Assembly: GCA_964016885.1 (NCBI GenBank) | Contig: OZ024755.1 | Location: 42,532,001-42,596,000 of the forward strand | Direction of reading: 5' to 3' | DNA length: 64,000 bases | Origin: Eledone cirrhosa | Taxonomy: Eukaryota | Shown here: one piece after another, positions 43,980 to 56,419 of the stretch | How positions within the stretch are numbered: the first letter of the stretch is position 1 | Layout of the letters: each line of letters starts with the position of its first letter | The notes under the pieces: generated by a model | What the model was told of the DNA's origin: nothing | What the model saw: the letters and a program-made list of their open reading frames with translations, nothing else | Databases searched by the model: none | Made by a program: the position numbers and the translations under genes

Positions 43980-45180
43980 GTCTACCAGTATAGAGTATCT
44001 CATATTTCAACATTGATTAAGATGGAGTGGTCATGTAGTGAGAATAGATGATGACCACATCCCTAGGCAGTTCCTGTATGGTGAACTGGTCAAAGGTAAA
44101 TGACCGGCGCACAAACCAAAATTGAGGTACAGGGATTGCATTAAAAGCACACTGAGGAAGATGAAAATATCGGAGAATGACTGGGAGAACCTCGCTCTAG
44201 ATAGAGTTTCCTGGGGGAAGGGAGAATTTGAAAGAAACTGTGTCGAGCATGAACAGCTCAAGCAGTGCGCTCAAAAGGGTGATGCTTTCGGAAAGCCAGA
44301 AAGGTGCCTCTGGGGTCAGCGGGACATATGGAAGAAGACAAAGGTAAAGGTGTACAAGGTATGTATGCTCTCTTCTCTTCTTTATGCTTGTGAGACCTGG
44401 GTTGCATATCGACACCATCTTAAACAATTGGAGTGTTTCCATCAGATGTGTCTCAGACAGATCCATGGCGTTCACTGGATGGACCACATCAGTGATGTCA
44501 AGATTTTGGAAAGCTCAATGTGTGACAGTATAGAAGCTCTTGTGTTTAAGCAACGACTCCGTTGGAGTGGTCACCTTGCCAGGATGAAGGATTCTAGAAT
44601 ACCAAAACAACTCTTTTATGGAGAGTTAGTTAAAGGAAAACGACCACCACATAAACCAAAAAAGAGGTATAAGGATTCCTTGAAAGCCTCTTTGAAAGAT
44701 GGTAACATCTCTGCTGATACATGGGAAAATGTTGCTGCTGATCATAATAAATGGAGAAAGACTGTATATGAAGGGAAAGTTGCCTTTGGGGCATCTCGAA
44801 TCGCATACGAGAAAGTAAAGCGGGATGTGAGGAAGGGCATTACTGCTGCATTTCCAGATAGTGAAGGTCCTCCTATGGCGCTGACATGCAGCATCTGTGC
44901 GAGACTCTGCCTCAGCAAAGCTGGACTCGAAAGTCATCTTCGCAGTATAAAGTAAGACCAGTGGTTGACTACCAGGCTGCTGTCGGAGATGTTACTCACC
45001 ATGCTTGCCAAGCATGTGGAAGAGAATATAAATCAGCAGGAGGGCTCAAACGACATGCAAAAGTACACAAACTCCAACCACAGCCGGCTATTCCCAGTGA
45101 ATGTGTTGGGTGCCAACTCTGTGCAAGACATTTTAGATCATTGGCTGGGCTAAAAATCCATATTTGATCACAGCACTGTT
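43980..45180 (+). mobile_element. Two fused RTE (BovB-like) LINE 3' fragments; the second ends in three C2H2-like fingers
   Basis: RWSGH..IPKQLFYGEL motif present twice; LLYACETW; CSICAR..ESHLRS, CQACGR..KRHAKVH, CQLCAR..KIHI. Confidence 0.8.
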
Positions 45181-45361
45181 AATTATTAATATATATAGGT
45201 GGTAGATTAATATATAAGGGTGGTAGATTGGCAGAATCGGTAGAGCGTCAGACACCATGCTTTCTAGCATAGTTACGTCCCTTTACAGTCTGAGTTCAAA
45301 TCCCGCCGAGGTTAACTTTACCTTTCATCCTTATGGGGTTGATAAAATAAAGTACCAGTAA

Positions 45362-45708
45362 TCATTATCATCATCATCATTTTACGTCCGCATTTTTCCC
45401 TGCTTGCAAGGGTGGGACGGGAACTGATTCTGGCTTGATTTCTACAGCTGGATGCCCTTCCTAACACCAACCTCATTTACAGTGAGTGCTGGGTGCTTTT
45501 TTTCCCGTGGCACCTCCACGACCACTTTTGCAGTGGAATGATAAGGACCCCAGTCCCTATCATCTCATTTCTACAGCTGAGTAAACTGGAGCAATGTGAA
45601 ATAAAGTGTCTTGCTCAAGGAAACAACACATCACCCGGTTTGAGAATTGAACTCACAACCTATCGATTGCAAGGCCAATGCTCTAACCACTAAGCCACGT
45701 GCCTCCAT
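45362..45708 (-). mobile_element. Apparently full-length tRNA-headed SINE with RTE-A tail
   Basis: A/B boxes; tail CCCGTCCCACCCTTGCAAGCAGGGAAAA..CGGACGTAAAA(TGA)n matches LINE A. Confidence 0.85.
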
Positions 45709-46097
45709 TCTTCACTGGGAATAGCCGGCTGTGGTTGGAGTTCATGTACTTTTGCATGTCGTTTGAGCCCTCCTGCTGATTTACATTCTCTACCACATGC
45801 TTGGCAAGCATGGTGAGTAACATCTCCGACAGCAGCCTGGTAGTCAACCACTGGTCTCACTTTATGACTGTGAAGATGACTTTCGAGCGCAGCTTTGCTG
45901 AGGCAGAGTCTCGCACAGACGCTGCGTGTCAGCGCCATAGGAGGACCTTCACTATCTGGAAATGCAGCAGTAATGCCCTTCCTCACATAATGTACTGGAT
46001 AATTGCTGGCCTTGTGCCTAAAGTAGAAACAATTAATATATATAGGTGTATATGTGTGTGTGTATGTATGTGTATGTATATGTATATGTGTATGTGT

Positions 46098-49000
46098 GTA
46101 TACATGTATATATGAGTGTTCTAGTAAAGGGAGGCTAGTAGAGGTAGCCTAGTAAACGTAGTCCAGTAAAGTTGGTCTAATAAAGGTAGTCTAGTAAAGG
46201 GGGCCTAGTAGAGGTAGTCGGGTAAATGTGGTCTTGTAAAAGTAGTCTAGTAAAGGTGGTCTAGTAAAGATAGTGTAGTAAATGTGGTCTAGTAAAGGTG
46301 GTCTAGTAAAGATAGTGTAGTAAATGTGGTCTAGTAAAGGTGGTCTAGTAAAGGTAGTCTAGTAAAGGTAGTCTAGTAAAGGTAGTCTAGTAAAGGTAGT
46401 CTAGTAAAGGTAGTCTAGTAAAGGTAGTCTAGTAAAGGTAGTCTGGTAAAGGTAGTCTGGTAAAGGTCATCTATTTGAGGTAGTCTGGTAAATATAATCT
46501 AGTAGAGGTGGTCTAGTAGAGGTGGTCTAGTAAAGGTGGTCTAGTAAAGGTCGTGTAGTAAAGATGGTCTAGCAAAGGTCGTCTACTAAAGGTGGTCTAG
46601 TAAAAGGGGTGTATTAGAGGTGGTCTAGTAAGGATAAACTAGTAAAGGTGGTCTAGCAAAGATAGTCTAGTAAAGGTGGCCTAGTAGAGATGGTCTAGTA
46701 GAGTTGCTCTAGTAAAGGTGGTCTAGTTGAGGTGGTCGAGTAAAGGTGGTGTAGTAAAGGTAATCTGGTAAAGGTGGTCTAGTAGAGGAGGTCTACTAAA
46801 GTAGTCTGGAAAAGGTAGTCTGGTAAAGGAGGTGTATTAAAGATGGGTTAGTAAAGGTACGCTAGTAGAGGTAGTCTAGTAAACGTGGTCTGGTAAAGGT
46901 AGTCTGGTAAACGTGGTGTAGTAACGGTGGTGTAGTAAAGGTAGTCTAGTAAAGGTGGTCTAATAATGATGGTCTAGTAAAGGTAGTCTAGTAAAGATGG
47001 TCTAGTAAAGGTAGTCTAGTAAAGGTGGGGTAATAAAGGTAGTCTAGTAAAGGTGGTCTAGTAAAGGCAGTCTAGTAAAGGTGGTCTTGTAAAGGTGGTG
47101 TAGTAAAAGTAGTGTAGTAGAGGGGGTCTAGTAAATGTAGTCTGGTAAAGGTGGTCTAGTAACGGTGTTCTAGTAAAGGTAGGCTAGTAGAGGTAGCCTA
47201 GTAAACGTAGTCTAGTAAAGTTGGTCTAATAAAGGTAGTCTAGTAAAGGTGATTGAGTAAAAGTAGTCTAGTAAAGGTGGCCTAGTAGAGGTAGTCTGGT
47301 AAATGTGGTCTTGTAAAAGTAGTCTAGTAAAGATGGTCTAGTAAAGATAGTGTAGTAAAGGTGGTCTAGTAAATTTGGTCTAGTAAAGATGGGCTAGTAA
47401 AGATGGTCTAGTAAAGGTAGTCTAGCAAAGGTAATCTAGTAAAGGTGGTCTATTAAAGGTAGTCTAGTAATGGTATTCTGGTAAAGGTGGTGTAGTTAAG
47501 GTGGTCTAGTAAAGGTGGCCTGGTAAAGGTGGTCTAGTAAAGGTGGTCTAGTAAATGAGGTGTAGTAAAGGTAGTCTAGTAAAGGTAGTTTGGTAATGGT
47601 TGTCTAATAAAGGTGGTCTAGTAAAGGTGATATAGTAAAGCTGGTATAGTAGAGGTGGTCTAGTAAAGGTAGGCTGCTAAAGGTAATCTAGTAGATGTAG
47701 TCTAGTAAAGGTATTCTAGTAAAGGTAGTCTAGTAGATAGTCTCGTAAAGTTAGTGTAGTAAAGGTGGTCTAGTAAAGGTAGTCTAGTAAAGGTGGTCTA
47801 GTCAAGGTGGTCTACTTAAGGTGGTCTGGTAAAGGTGGTTTAGTAAAGGTGGTCTAGTAAAGCTCGTCTAATAAAGGTGGTCTAGTAAAGGTGGTCTGGT
47901 AAAGGTGGTCTAGTAAAGGTTTTCTAGTAAAGGCGGTCTAGTAAAGGTAGTCTGGTAAAGGTGGTGTAGTAAATGTTGTCTAATAAAGCTGGGCTAGTAA
48001 ATGTGGTCTAGTAAAGGTGGTGTAGTAAAGATGGTCTGGAAAAGGTGCTGTAGTAAAGGTGGTCTAGTAGAGGTGGTCTAGTAAAGTGATCTAGTAAAGG
48101 TAGTCTAGTAAATGTGGTCTAGTAAAAGTAGTCTGGGAAAGGTGGTGTAGTAAAGGCAGTTAGGTAACGGTGGTCTAGTAAAGGTAGTCTAGTAAAGGTG
48201 GTCTAGTAAAGTTGGTCTAGTAAAGAGGGTCTACGAAAGTTAGGCTAGTAAAGTTGGTGTAGTAAATGTGGTCTAGTAGAGGTACTCTAGTAAAGGTAGT
48301 CTAGTAAATGTGGTCTTATAAAGGTGGTCTAGTAAAGGTGGTGTAGTAAAGCTAGTCTGGTAAATATAGTCTAGTAGGGTGTTGTAGTAAAAGTGTTCTG
48401 GTAAAGGTGGTCTATTAGAGGTGGTCTAGTAAAGGTGATGTAGTAAAGCTGGTGTAGTAGAGTTGGTCTAGTTAAGGTAGGCTGCTAAAGGTAATCTAGT
48501 AGATGAAGTCTTGTAAATGTATTCTAGTAAAGGTAGTCTAGTAGAGGTGGTCTGGTAGAGGTGGTCTGTAAATGTAGTCTATACAGGTATTCTAGTAAAG
48601 GTAATCTAGTACAGGTATTCTCATAAAGGTAGTGTAGTAAAGGTGCTCTAGTAAAGATAGTCTAGTAAAGGTGGTCTAGTAAAGGTGGTCTAGTAAAGGT
48701 GGTCGAGTTAAGGTGGTCTGGTAAAGGTGGGCTGGTAAAGGTGGTCTAGTAAAGGTGGACTAGTAAAGCTCGTCTAGTAAAGGTGGTCTAGTAAAGGTGG
48801 TCTGGTAAAGGTGGTCTAGTAATGGTGTTCTAGTAAAGGTGGTCTAGTAAAGGTAGTCTAGTAAAGGTAGTCCGGTAAAGGTGGTGTAGTAAAGGTTGTC
48901 AGGTAAAGGTGGCGTAGTAAAGTTGGTCTAGTAAATGTAGTGTAGTAAAGGTGGTCTAGTAAAGATGGTCTAGTAAAGGTAGTCTGGTAAAAGTGGTCAA

Positions 49001-52000
49001 GTAAACGTAGTTTAGTAAAGGTGGTCTGGCAAAGATAGTCTAGTAAAGGTGGTCTAGTAGAGCTGGTCTAATAAAAGTGCTCTAGTAAAGATAGTCTAGT
49101 AATGGTGGTCTAGCAAAGATAGTCTAGTAAAGGTGGTTTAGTAGAGGTGGTCTAGTAGAAGTGGTCTAGTAAAGGAGGTCTAGTAAAGGAGGTCTAGTAA
49201 AGGTAGTCTATTAAAGGTAGTCTAGTAAAGGTAGTCTACTAAAGGTGGTCTAGTAAAGCTGGACTAGTAGAGGTGGTCTAGTAAAGACAGTCTAGTAAAG
49301 GTGGTCAAGTAGAGGTGGTCTAGTAGAGATGGTCGAGTAAAGGTGGTGTAGTAAAGGTAATCTGGTAAATGTGGTCTAGCAGAGGTGGATCAGTAGAGGT
49401 GGTCTCGTACGGATAGTCTAGTAAAGGTGGTATAGTAAAGGTAGTTTAGTAAAGGTAGTCTATAAAGGTAGTCTAGTAAAGGTAGTCTAGTAAAGGTGGT
49501 TTAGTAGAGGTGGTCTAGTAGAGGTGGTCTAGTAAAGCTGGTCTGGCAAAGATAGTCTAGTAAAGGTGGTCTAGCAAAGATAGTCTAGTATAGGTGGGTT
49601 AGTAGAGGTAGTCTATTAAAGGTAGTCTACTAAAGGTGGTGTAGTAAAAATGGTCTAGTAGAAGTGTTCGAGTAAAGGTGGTGTAGTAAAGGTAATCTGG
49701 TAAAGGTGGTCTAGCAGAGGTGGACCAGTAGAGGTGGTCTCGTACAGATAGTCTGGTAAAGGTAGTCTAGTCAAGGTAGTCTATAAAGGTAATCTAGTAA
49801 AGTTAGTCTATTAAATGTAGTCTTGTAAAGGTGGTCTAGTATAGGTGGTCTAGTAGAGGTGGTCTAGTAAAGAGGGTCTAGTAGAGGTGGTCAAGTAAAG
49901 GTGGTCTAGTAGAGGTGGTCTAGTAAAGGTGGTCTAGTAAAGGCGGTGTAGTAAAGATGGTCTAGCAAAGGTGGTTTAGTAGAGGTGGTCTAGTAGAAGT
50001 GGTCTAGTAAAGGAGGTCTAGTAAAGGAGGTCTAGTAAAGGTAGTCTATTAAAGGTAGTCTAGTAAAGGTAGTCTACTAAAGGTGGTCTAGTAAAGCTGG
50101 ACTAGTAGAGGTGGTCTAGTAAAGACAGTCTAGTAAAGGTGGTCAAGTAGAGGTGGTCTAGTAGAGATGGTCGAGTAAAGGTGGTGTAGTAAAGGTAATC
50201 TGGTAAATGTGGTCTAGCAGAGGTGGATCAGTAGAGGTGGTCTCGTACGGATAGTCTAGTAAAGGTGGTATAGTAAAGGTAGTTTAGTAAAGGTAGTCTA
50301 TAAAGGTAGTCTAGTAAAGGTAGTCTAGTAAAGGTGGTTTAGTAGAGGTGGTCTAGTAGAGGTGGTCTAGTAAAGCTGGTCTGGCAAAGATAGTCTAGTA
50401 AAGGTGGTCTAGCAAAGATAGTCTAGTATAGGTGGGTTAGTAGAGGTAGTCTATTAAAGGTAGTCTACTAAAGGTGGTGTAGTAAAAATGGTCTAGTAGA
50501 AGTGTTCGAGTAAAGGTGGTGTAGTAAAGGTAATCTGGTAAAGGTGGTCTAGCAGAGGTGGACCAGTAGAGGTGGTCTCGTACAGATAGTCTGGTAAAGG
50601 TAGTCTAGTCAAGGTAGTCTATAAAGGTAATCTAGTAAAGTTAGTCTATTAAATGTAGTCTTGTAAAGGTGGTCTAGTATAGGTGGTCTAGTAGAGGTGG
50701 TCTAGTAAAGAGGGTCTAGTAGAGGTGGTCAAGTAAAGGTGGTCTAGTAGAGGTGGTCTAGTAAAGGTGGTCTAGTAAAGGCGGTGTAGTAAAGATGGTC
50801 TAGCAAAGGTGGTGTAGTAAAGGTGGTCTAGTAAAGGTAGTCTAGTAAAGATGGTCTACTAACGTTAGGCTAGTAAAGTTGGTCTAGTAAATGTGGTCTA
50901 GTAGAGGTAGTCTAGTAAAGGTGGTTTAGTAAATGTGGTCTAGTAAAAATAGTCTGGTAAAGGTGGTGTAGTAAAGGCAGTCAAGTAACGGTGGTCTAGT
51001 AAAGGTAGTCTAGTAAAGGTGGTCTAATAAAGATGATCTACTAAAGTTAGGCTAGTAAAGTTGGTCTAGTAAATGTGGTCTACTAGAGGTAGTCTAGTAG
51101 AGGTGGTCTAGTAAGTGTGGTCTAGTAAATGTGGTCTGGTAAAGGTGGTCTAGTAAAGCTGGTGAAGTAAACGTACTCTGGTAAAGGTGGTCTAGTAAAG
51201 GTAGTCTGGTAAAGATGGTCTAGTAGTGATAGTCTGGTAAAGGTGGTCTAGTAAAGGTAGTCTGGTAAAGTGGTGTAGTAGAGGTGGTCTGGTAAAGGTG
51301 GTCTATTAGAGGTCGTCTAGTAAAGGTGGTCTAGTAAAGTTGGTCTAGTAAAGGGAGTCTGGTAAAGGTTGTCTAGTAAATTTAGTCTGGTAAATGTGGT
51401 CTAGTAAACGTAGTCTAGTAAATGTAGCCTAGTAAATTTAGTCTTTTGGAGATAGTCTAGTAAAAGTAGTGTAGTAAAGGTGGTTTAGTAAAGATGGTCT
51501 TGTAAAGATGGTCTAATAAAGGTAGTCTGGTAAAGGTGGTCTAGTTAGGTAGTCTGGTAAATATAGTCTAGTAGAGGTGTTGTAGTAAAGGTGGTCTAGT
51601 ACAGGTAGTCTAGTAATGGTAGTGTATTAAAGGTGGTCTAGTAAATGTGGTCTAGTAAAGGTAGTCTAGTAAAGGTGGTCTAGTAAAGGTAGTCTACTAA
51701 AGGCAGTCTAGTAAAGGTAGTCTGGTAAAGGTGGTCTAGTAAGGGTGGTCTAGTAAAGGTAGTCTAATAGATAATAGAGGTGGTCTAGTAAAAGTAGTCT
51801 GGTAAATGTGGTCTAGTAAAGGTGGTCTAGTAAAAGTAATCTAGTAAAGGTGGTCTAGTAAAGGTAGTCTAGTAAAGCTGGGCTAGTAAAGGTAGTCTAG
51901 TAAAGGTGGCGTGGTAAACGTAGTCTGGTAAAGGTGGTGTAGTAACAGTGGTGTAGTAAAGGTAGTCTAGTAAAGGTGGTGTAATAAAGATGTTCTAGTA

Positions 52001-53145
52001 TAGGTAGTCTAGTAAAGGTGGTCTAGTAAAGGTGGTGTAGTAAAGATAGTGTAGTAGAGAGCGTTTAGTAAATGTAGTCTGGTAAATATGGTCTAGTAAA
52101 TGTGTTCTAATAAAAGTAGTTTAGTAGAGGTAGCTTAGTAAACGTAGTCAAGTAGAGATAGTCTAGTAAAGGTCGTGTAGAAAAGGTGGTCCAATAAAGG
52201 TAGTCTAGTAAAGGTGGTTGAGTATAGGTAGTTAGATAAAGGTGGCGTAGTTAAGGTGGTCTAGTAAAGGTGGTCTAGTAAAGGTGGTCTAGTAAATGTG
52301 GTGTAGTAAAGGTTGTCTAGTAAAGGTAGTCTGGTAATAGTAGTCTAGTAACGGTGGTCTAATTTAAGGTGGTGTAGTAAATCTGGTGTAGTAGAGTTGG
52401 TCTAGTAACAGTAGGCTGCTAAAGGTAGTCTGGTAAAGGTGGTGTAGGAAAGATGGTCTAGTAAATGTAGTCTAGTAAAGGTGGTCTAGTAAATGTGGTC
52501 TAGTAAAGGTAGTCTAATAAAGCTGGTATAGTAAACGTGGTCTAGTAAAGGTGGTCTGGTAAAGGTGGTCTAGTAAAGATGTTCTAGTAAAGATGGTCTA
52601 GTAAAGGTAGTCTGGTAAATGTGGTGTGGTAAATGTGGTGTAGTAAAGATGGTCTAGTAAATGTAGTCTAGTAAAGTGGTCTAGTAAAGGTAGTCCAGTA
52701 AAGGTGGTGTAGTAAAGGTAGTCTGGTAAAGGTGGCGTAGTAAAGTTGGTCTAGTAAAGGTAGTCTGGTACAGGTTGTCTGGTAAAGGTGGTGAAGTAAT
52801 GGTAGACTGGTAAAGGTGGTGTAGTAAAGATGGTCTAGTAAATGTAGTCTAGTAAAGGTAGTCTAGTAAAGGTGATCTGGAAAAGGTGGTGAAGTAATGG
52901 TAATCTGGAAAAGGTGGTGTGGTAAAGTTGGTCTTATAAAGGTAGTCTAGTAAAGGTGGTCTAGTAGAGGTGTTGTAGTAAAGGTGGTCTAGTAAAGGTA
53001 GTTTAGTAAAGGTAGTCTAGTAAAGGTAGTCTCGTAAAGGTGGTCTAGTAAAGGTGGTCTAGTAAAGGAGGTCTAGTAGAGGTAGTCTGGTAAAGGTAGT
53101 CTCGTAAAGGTAGTCTCGTAAAGGTGGTCTAGTAGAGGTGTTGTA
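46098..53145. repeat. ~7-kb satellite of 14-bp units (GGTRGTCTAGTAAA), ~500 diverged copies
   Basis: Direct reading; higher-order duplications, including an 838-bp tandem duplicate. Confidence 0.97.
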
Positions 53146-54033
53146 ATGAAAGTATTCCAGCTCACTGCTCACTCACTTCAAATCCTAACGAGGTCTACTT
53201 TGCCTTTCATCCTTCTGGGATCAATAAAATAAAGTACCAGTCAAATACTGGGGTCAATTTAATCGACTTCCTCTTCTTTTCAACTGCTATTTTGTCCTTA
53301 AACACGATGGATTGGCAGTAATTGGTAGAGCGTCGGATATGCTTTGTCACACAGAGTTACATCCCTTTAAGTTTTGAGTTCAAATCCCGCTGAGTTTAAC
53401 TTTGCCTTTCATCCTTATGTGGTCGATAAAATAAAGTACCAGTAATGCACTGGGATAATTGCTGGCCTTGCGCCAAAAGTAGAAACAATTATTATTTATC
53501 TGATTTTTACTTTTGCAAAAAAAAAAGAAAAGTAAATGAAAGAAAAAAGACAATTTAATAAATGTTTTCAATTTTATTTCTTTTTTGCTATTATATTCTT
53601 CTTTTATTATGGATGTTGTTTTCTATATATTGTAGAGTGGAAGATGACGAAACTGGAAGTGTGTAATACAATATGTGAAATCTGCAGTGAATATTTAATG
53701 AAAGACCATTGGATATATATTCCTAAATAAAGATGTGTTTAGTCTTGCTGTGAAATTAAGTCTACAAAAAACATGCAAGCATATACACACTAACATACAT
53801 AGAGATTATATACAAACAATATATATATATATACTAGTAAATAAGACAGTTATTGCTCCAACCTGTCTACTCACCATCAATAAGTACCCTAATATACATA
53901 CATTACATACATATATACACATACATTACATATATATATATACACATACATTACATATATATATACACATACATTACATATATATATACACATACATTAC
54001 ATATATATACACATACATTACATATATATATAC

Positions 54034-54157
54034 ACCTGAGGAAAGGCTTATGCCCGAAACGTCGTCCCCCACCTACCCCCCACTCTCCTGAGTGTGAATT
54101 TAATAAACATTTATTGTACTGCCTCTCTGTTCTGTCCCTGTTCAAATTTTTCATTAT
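54034..54157 (+). mobile_element. PLE-type terminus beginning with a minimal hammerhead core
   Basis: CTGAGGA-AAGGCTTATGCCC-GAAA-CG-TC followed by an AATAAA-containing tail; embedded in a TA/TACAT microsatellite; 5' stem I lost. Confidence 0.65.
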
Positions 54158-54304
54158 ATATATACACATACATTACATATATATATACATACATTACATA
54201 TATATATACACATACATTACATATATATATATACACATACATTACATATATATACAGTTATACTACAAGTCTATATACATACATTACAATACACATATAT
54301 ACTG

Positions 54305-56046
54305 TAGGTTTGTAGGTGTCATGACAGAAAACACCCAGTCCACACTGTAAAGTGGTCATGTAGGTGACACGACAGAAAACACCCAGTCCACACTGTAAAG
54401 TGGTCATGTAGGTGACACGACAGAAAACACCCAGTCCACACTGTAAAGTGGTCATGTAGGTGTCACGACAGAAAACACCCAGTCCACACTGTAAAGTGGT
54501 CATGTAGGTGACACGACAGAAAACACCCAGTCCACACTGTAAAGTGGTCATGTAGGTGTCACGACAGAAAACACCCAGTCCACACTGTAAAGTGGTCATG
54601 TAGGTGTCACGACAGAAAACACCCAGTCCACACTGTAAAGTGGTCATGTAGGTGTCACGGCAGAAAACACCCAGTCCACACTGTAAAGTGGTCATGTAGG
54701 TGTCACGACAGAAAACACCCAGTCCACACTGTAGAGTGGCCATGTAGGTGTCACGACAGAAAACACCCAGTCCACACTGTAAAGTGGTCATGTAGGTGAC
54801 ACGACAGAAAACACCCAGTCCACACTGTAAAGTGGTCATGTAGGTGTCACGACAGAAAACACCCAGTCCACACTGTAAAGTGGTCATGTAGGTGTCACGG
54901 CAGAAAACACCCAGTCCACACTGTAAAGTGGTCATGTAAGTGTCACGGCAGAAAATACCCAGTACACACTGTAAAGTGGTCATGTAGGTGTCACGGCAGA
55001 AAACACCCAGTCCACACTGTAAAGTGGTCATCTAGGTGTCACGACAGAAAACACCCAGTCCACACTGTAAAGTGGTCATGTAGGTGTCACGGCAGAAAAC
55101 ACCCAGTCCACACTGTAAAGTGGTCATGTAGGTGTCACGACAGAAAACACCCAGTCCACACTGTAGAGTGGCCATGTAGGTGTCACGACAGAAAACACCC
55201 AGTCCACACTGTAAAGTGGTCATGTAGGTGACACGACAGAAAACACCCAGTCCACACTGTAAAGTGGTCATGTAGGTGTCACGGCAGAAAACACCCAGTC
55301 CACACTGTAAAGTGGTCATGTAAGTGTCACGGCAGAAAACACCCAGTCCACACTGTAAAGTGGTCATGTAGGTGTCACGACAGAAAACACCCAGTACACA
55401 CTGTAGAGTGGTCATGTAGGTGACACAACAGAAAACACCCAGTACACACTGTAGAGTGGTCATGTAGGTGTCACGACAGAAAACACCCAGTCCCACACTG
55501 TAAAGTGGTCATGTAGGTGACACGACAGAAAACACCCAGTACACACTGTAGAGTGGTCATGTAGGTGTCACGACAGAAAACACCCAGTCCACACTGTAGA
55601 GTGGTCATGTAGGTGTCACGACAGAAAACACCCAGTACACACTGTAGAGTGGCCATGTAGGTGTCACGACAGAAAACACCCAGTCCACACTGTAGAGTGG
55701 CCATGTAGGTGTCACGACAGAAAACACCCAGTCCACACTGTAGAGTGGCCATGTAGGTGTCACGACAGAAAACACCCAGTCCACACTGTAAAGTGGTCAT
55801 GTAGGTGACACGACAGAAAACACCCAGTCCACACTGTAGAGTGGCCATGTAGGTGTCACGACAGAAAACACCCAGTCCACACTGTAAATGTGGTTGGCGT
55901 TAGGAAGGGCATCCAGCCGTTGAAACCTAGCCAGAAACAGTCCTAAATGAGTGAGACATGGTCATCTGACCCAACTTGCCTCAAATGGGACAAACCCGCC
56001 TAACCCATGCTAGCGTGGAAGATGGACATTAAATGATGATGATGAT
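54305..56046 (+). repeat. RTE-B-like 3' UTR element with ~33 x 48-bp internal minisatellite
   Basis: Unit GTAGGTGTCACGACAGAAAACACCCAGTCCACACTGTAAAGTGGTCAT; then AGGAAGGGCATCCAGC and a GGACATTAAA(TGA)n tail. Confidence 0.9.
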
Positions 56047-56419
56047 ATATATATGCAAACAAGTAGGACTATTAAACACACAAATTCAAATGTGGGCACC
56101 TAAAACAAATGTCCTGCTGTGTTGTGAGACAGGTCAGATAAGATTGTTGTGTTGTGAGTCAGGTCAGATAAAATTGTTGTGAGATAAGAGAATAAGTTAA
56201 CCTTCACAACGCTGAATTTATGTAATGAATTACTTCCCTTGATACTGCGTCATGTATTAAAGGGAGATTACTCTACTGGCAAAATAAGGCACCTAGAGCG
56301 CACTAAAGATGAAATAGAATTTCTTTGAGGTTTGTAGGTGGCCTTTTTTGTTTTGTTTTTCATAGAGACAGTGTAGGATGAGCTCCTGTACACCCCCTAC
56401 CTGATGTTGAAGTCTCTGT

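Noticed and set aside
45640-45708. tRNA-like sequences with A/B boxes (also at ~18300, 20500, 29030, 39770)
   Set aside because: These are SINE heads continuing into SINE bodies; no complete cloverleaf.
54258-55848. ORFs of 16-aa repeats (MTTLQCGLGVFCRDTY); also a CRISPR-like appearance
   Set aside because: A 48-bp tandem repeat within a retroelement 3' UTR; no unique spacers, no cas genes, and the context is eukaryotic.
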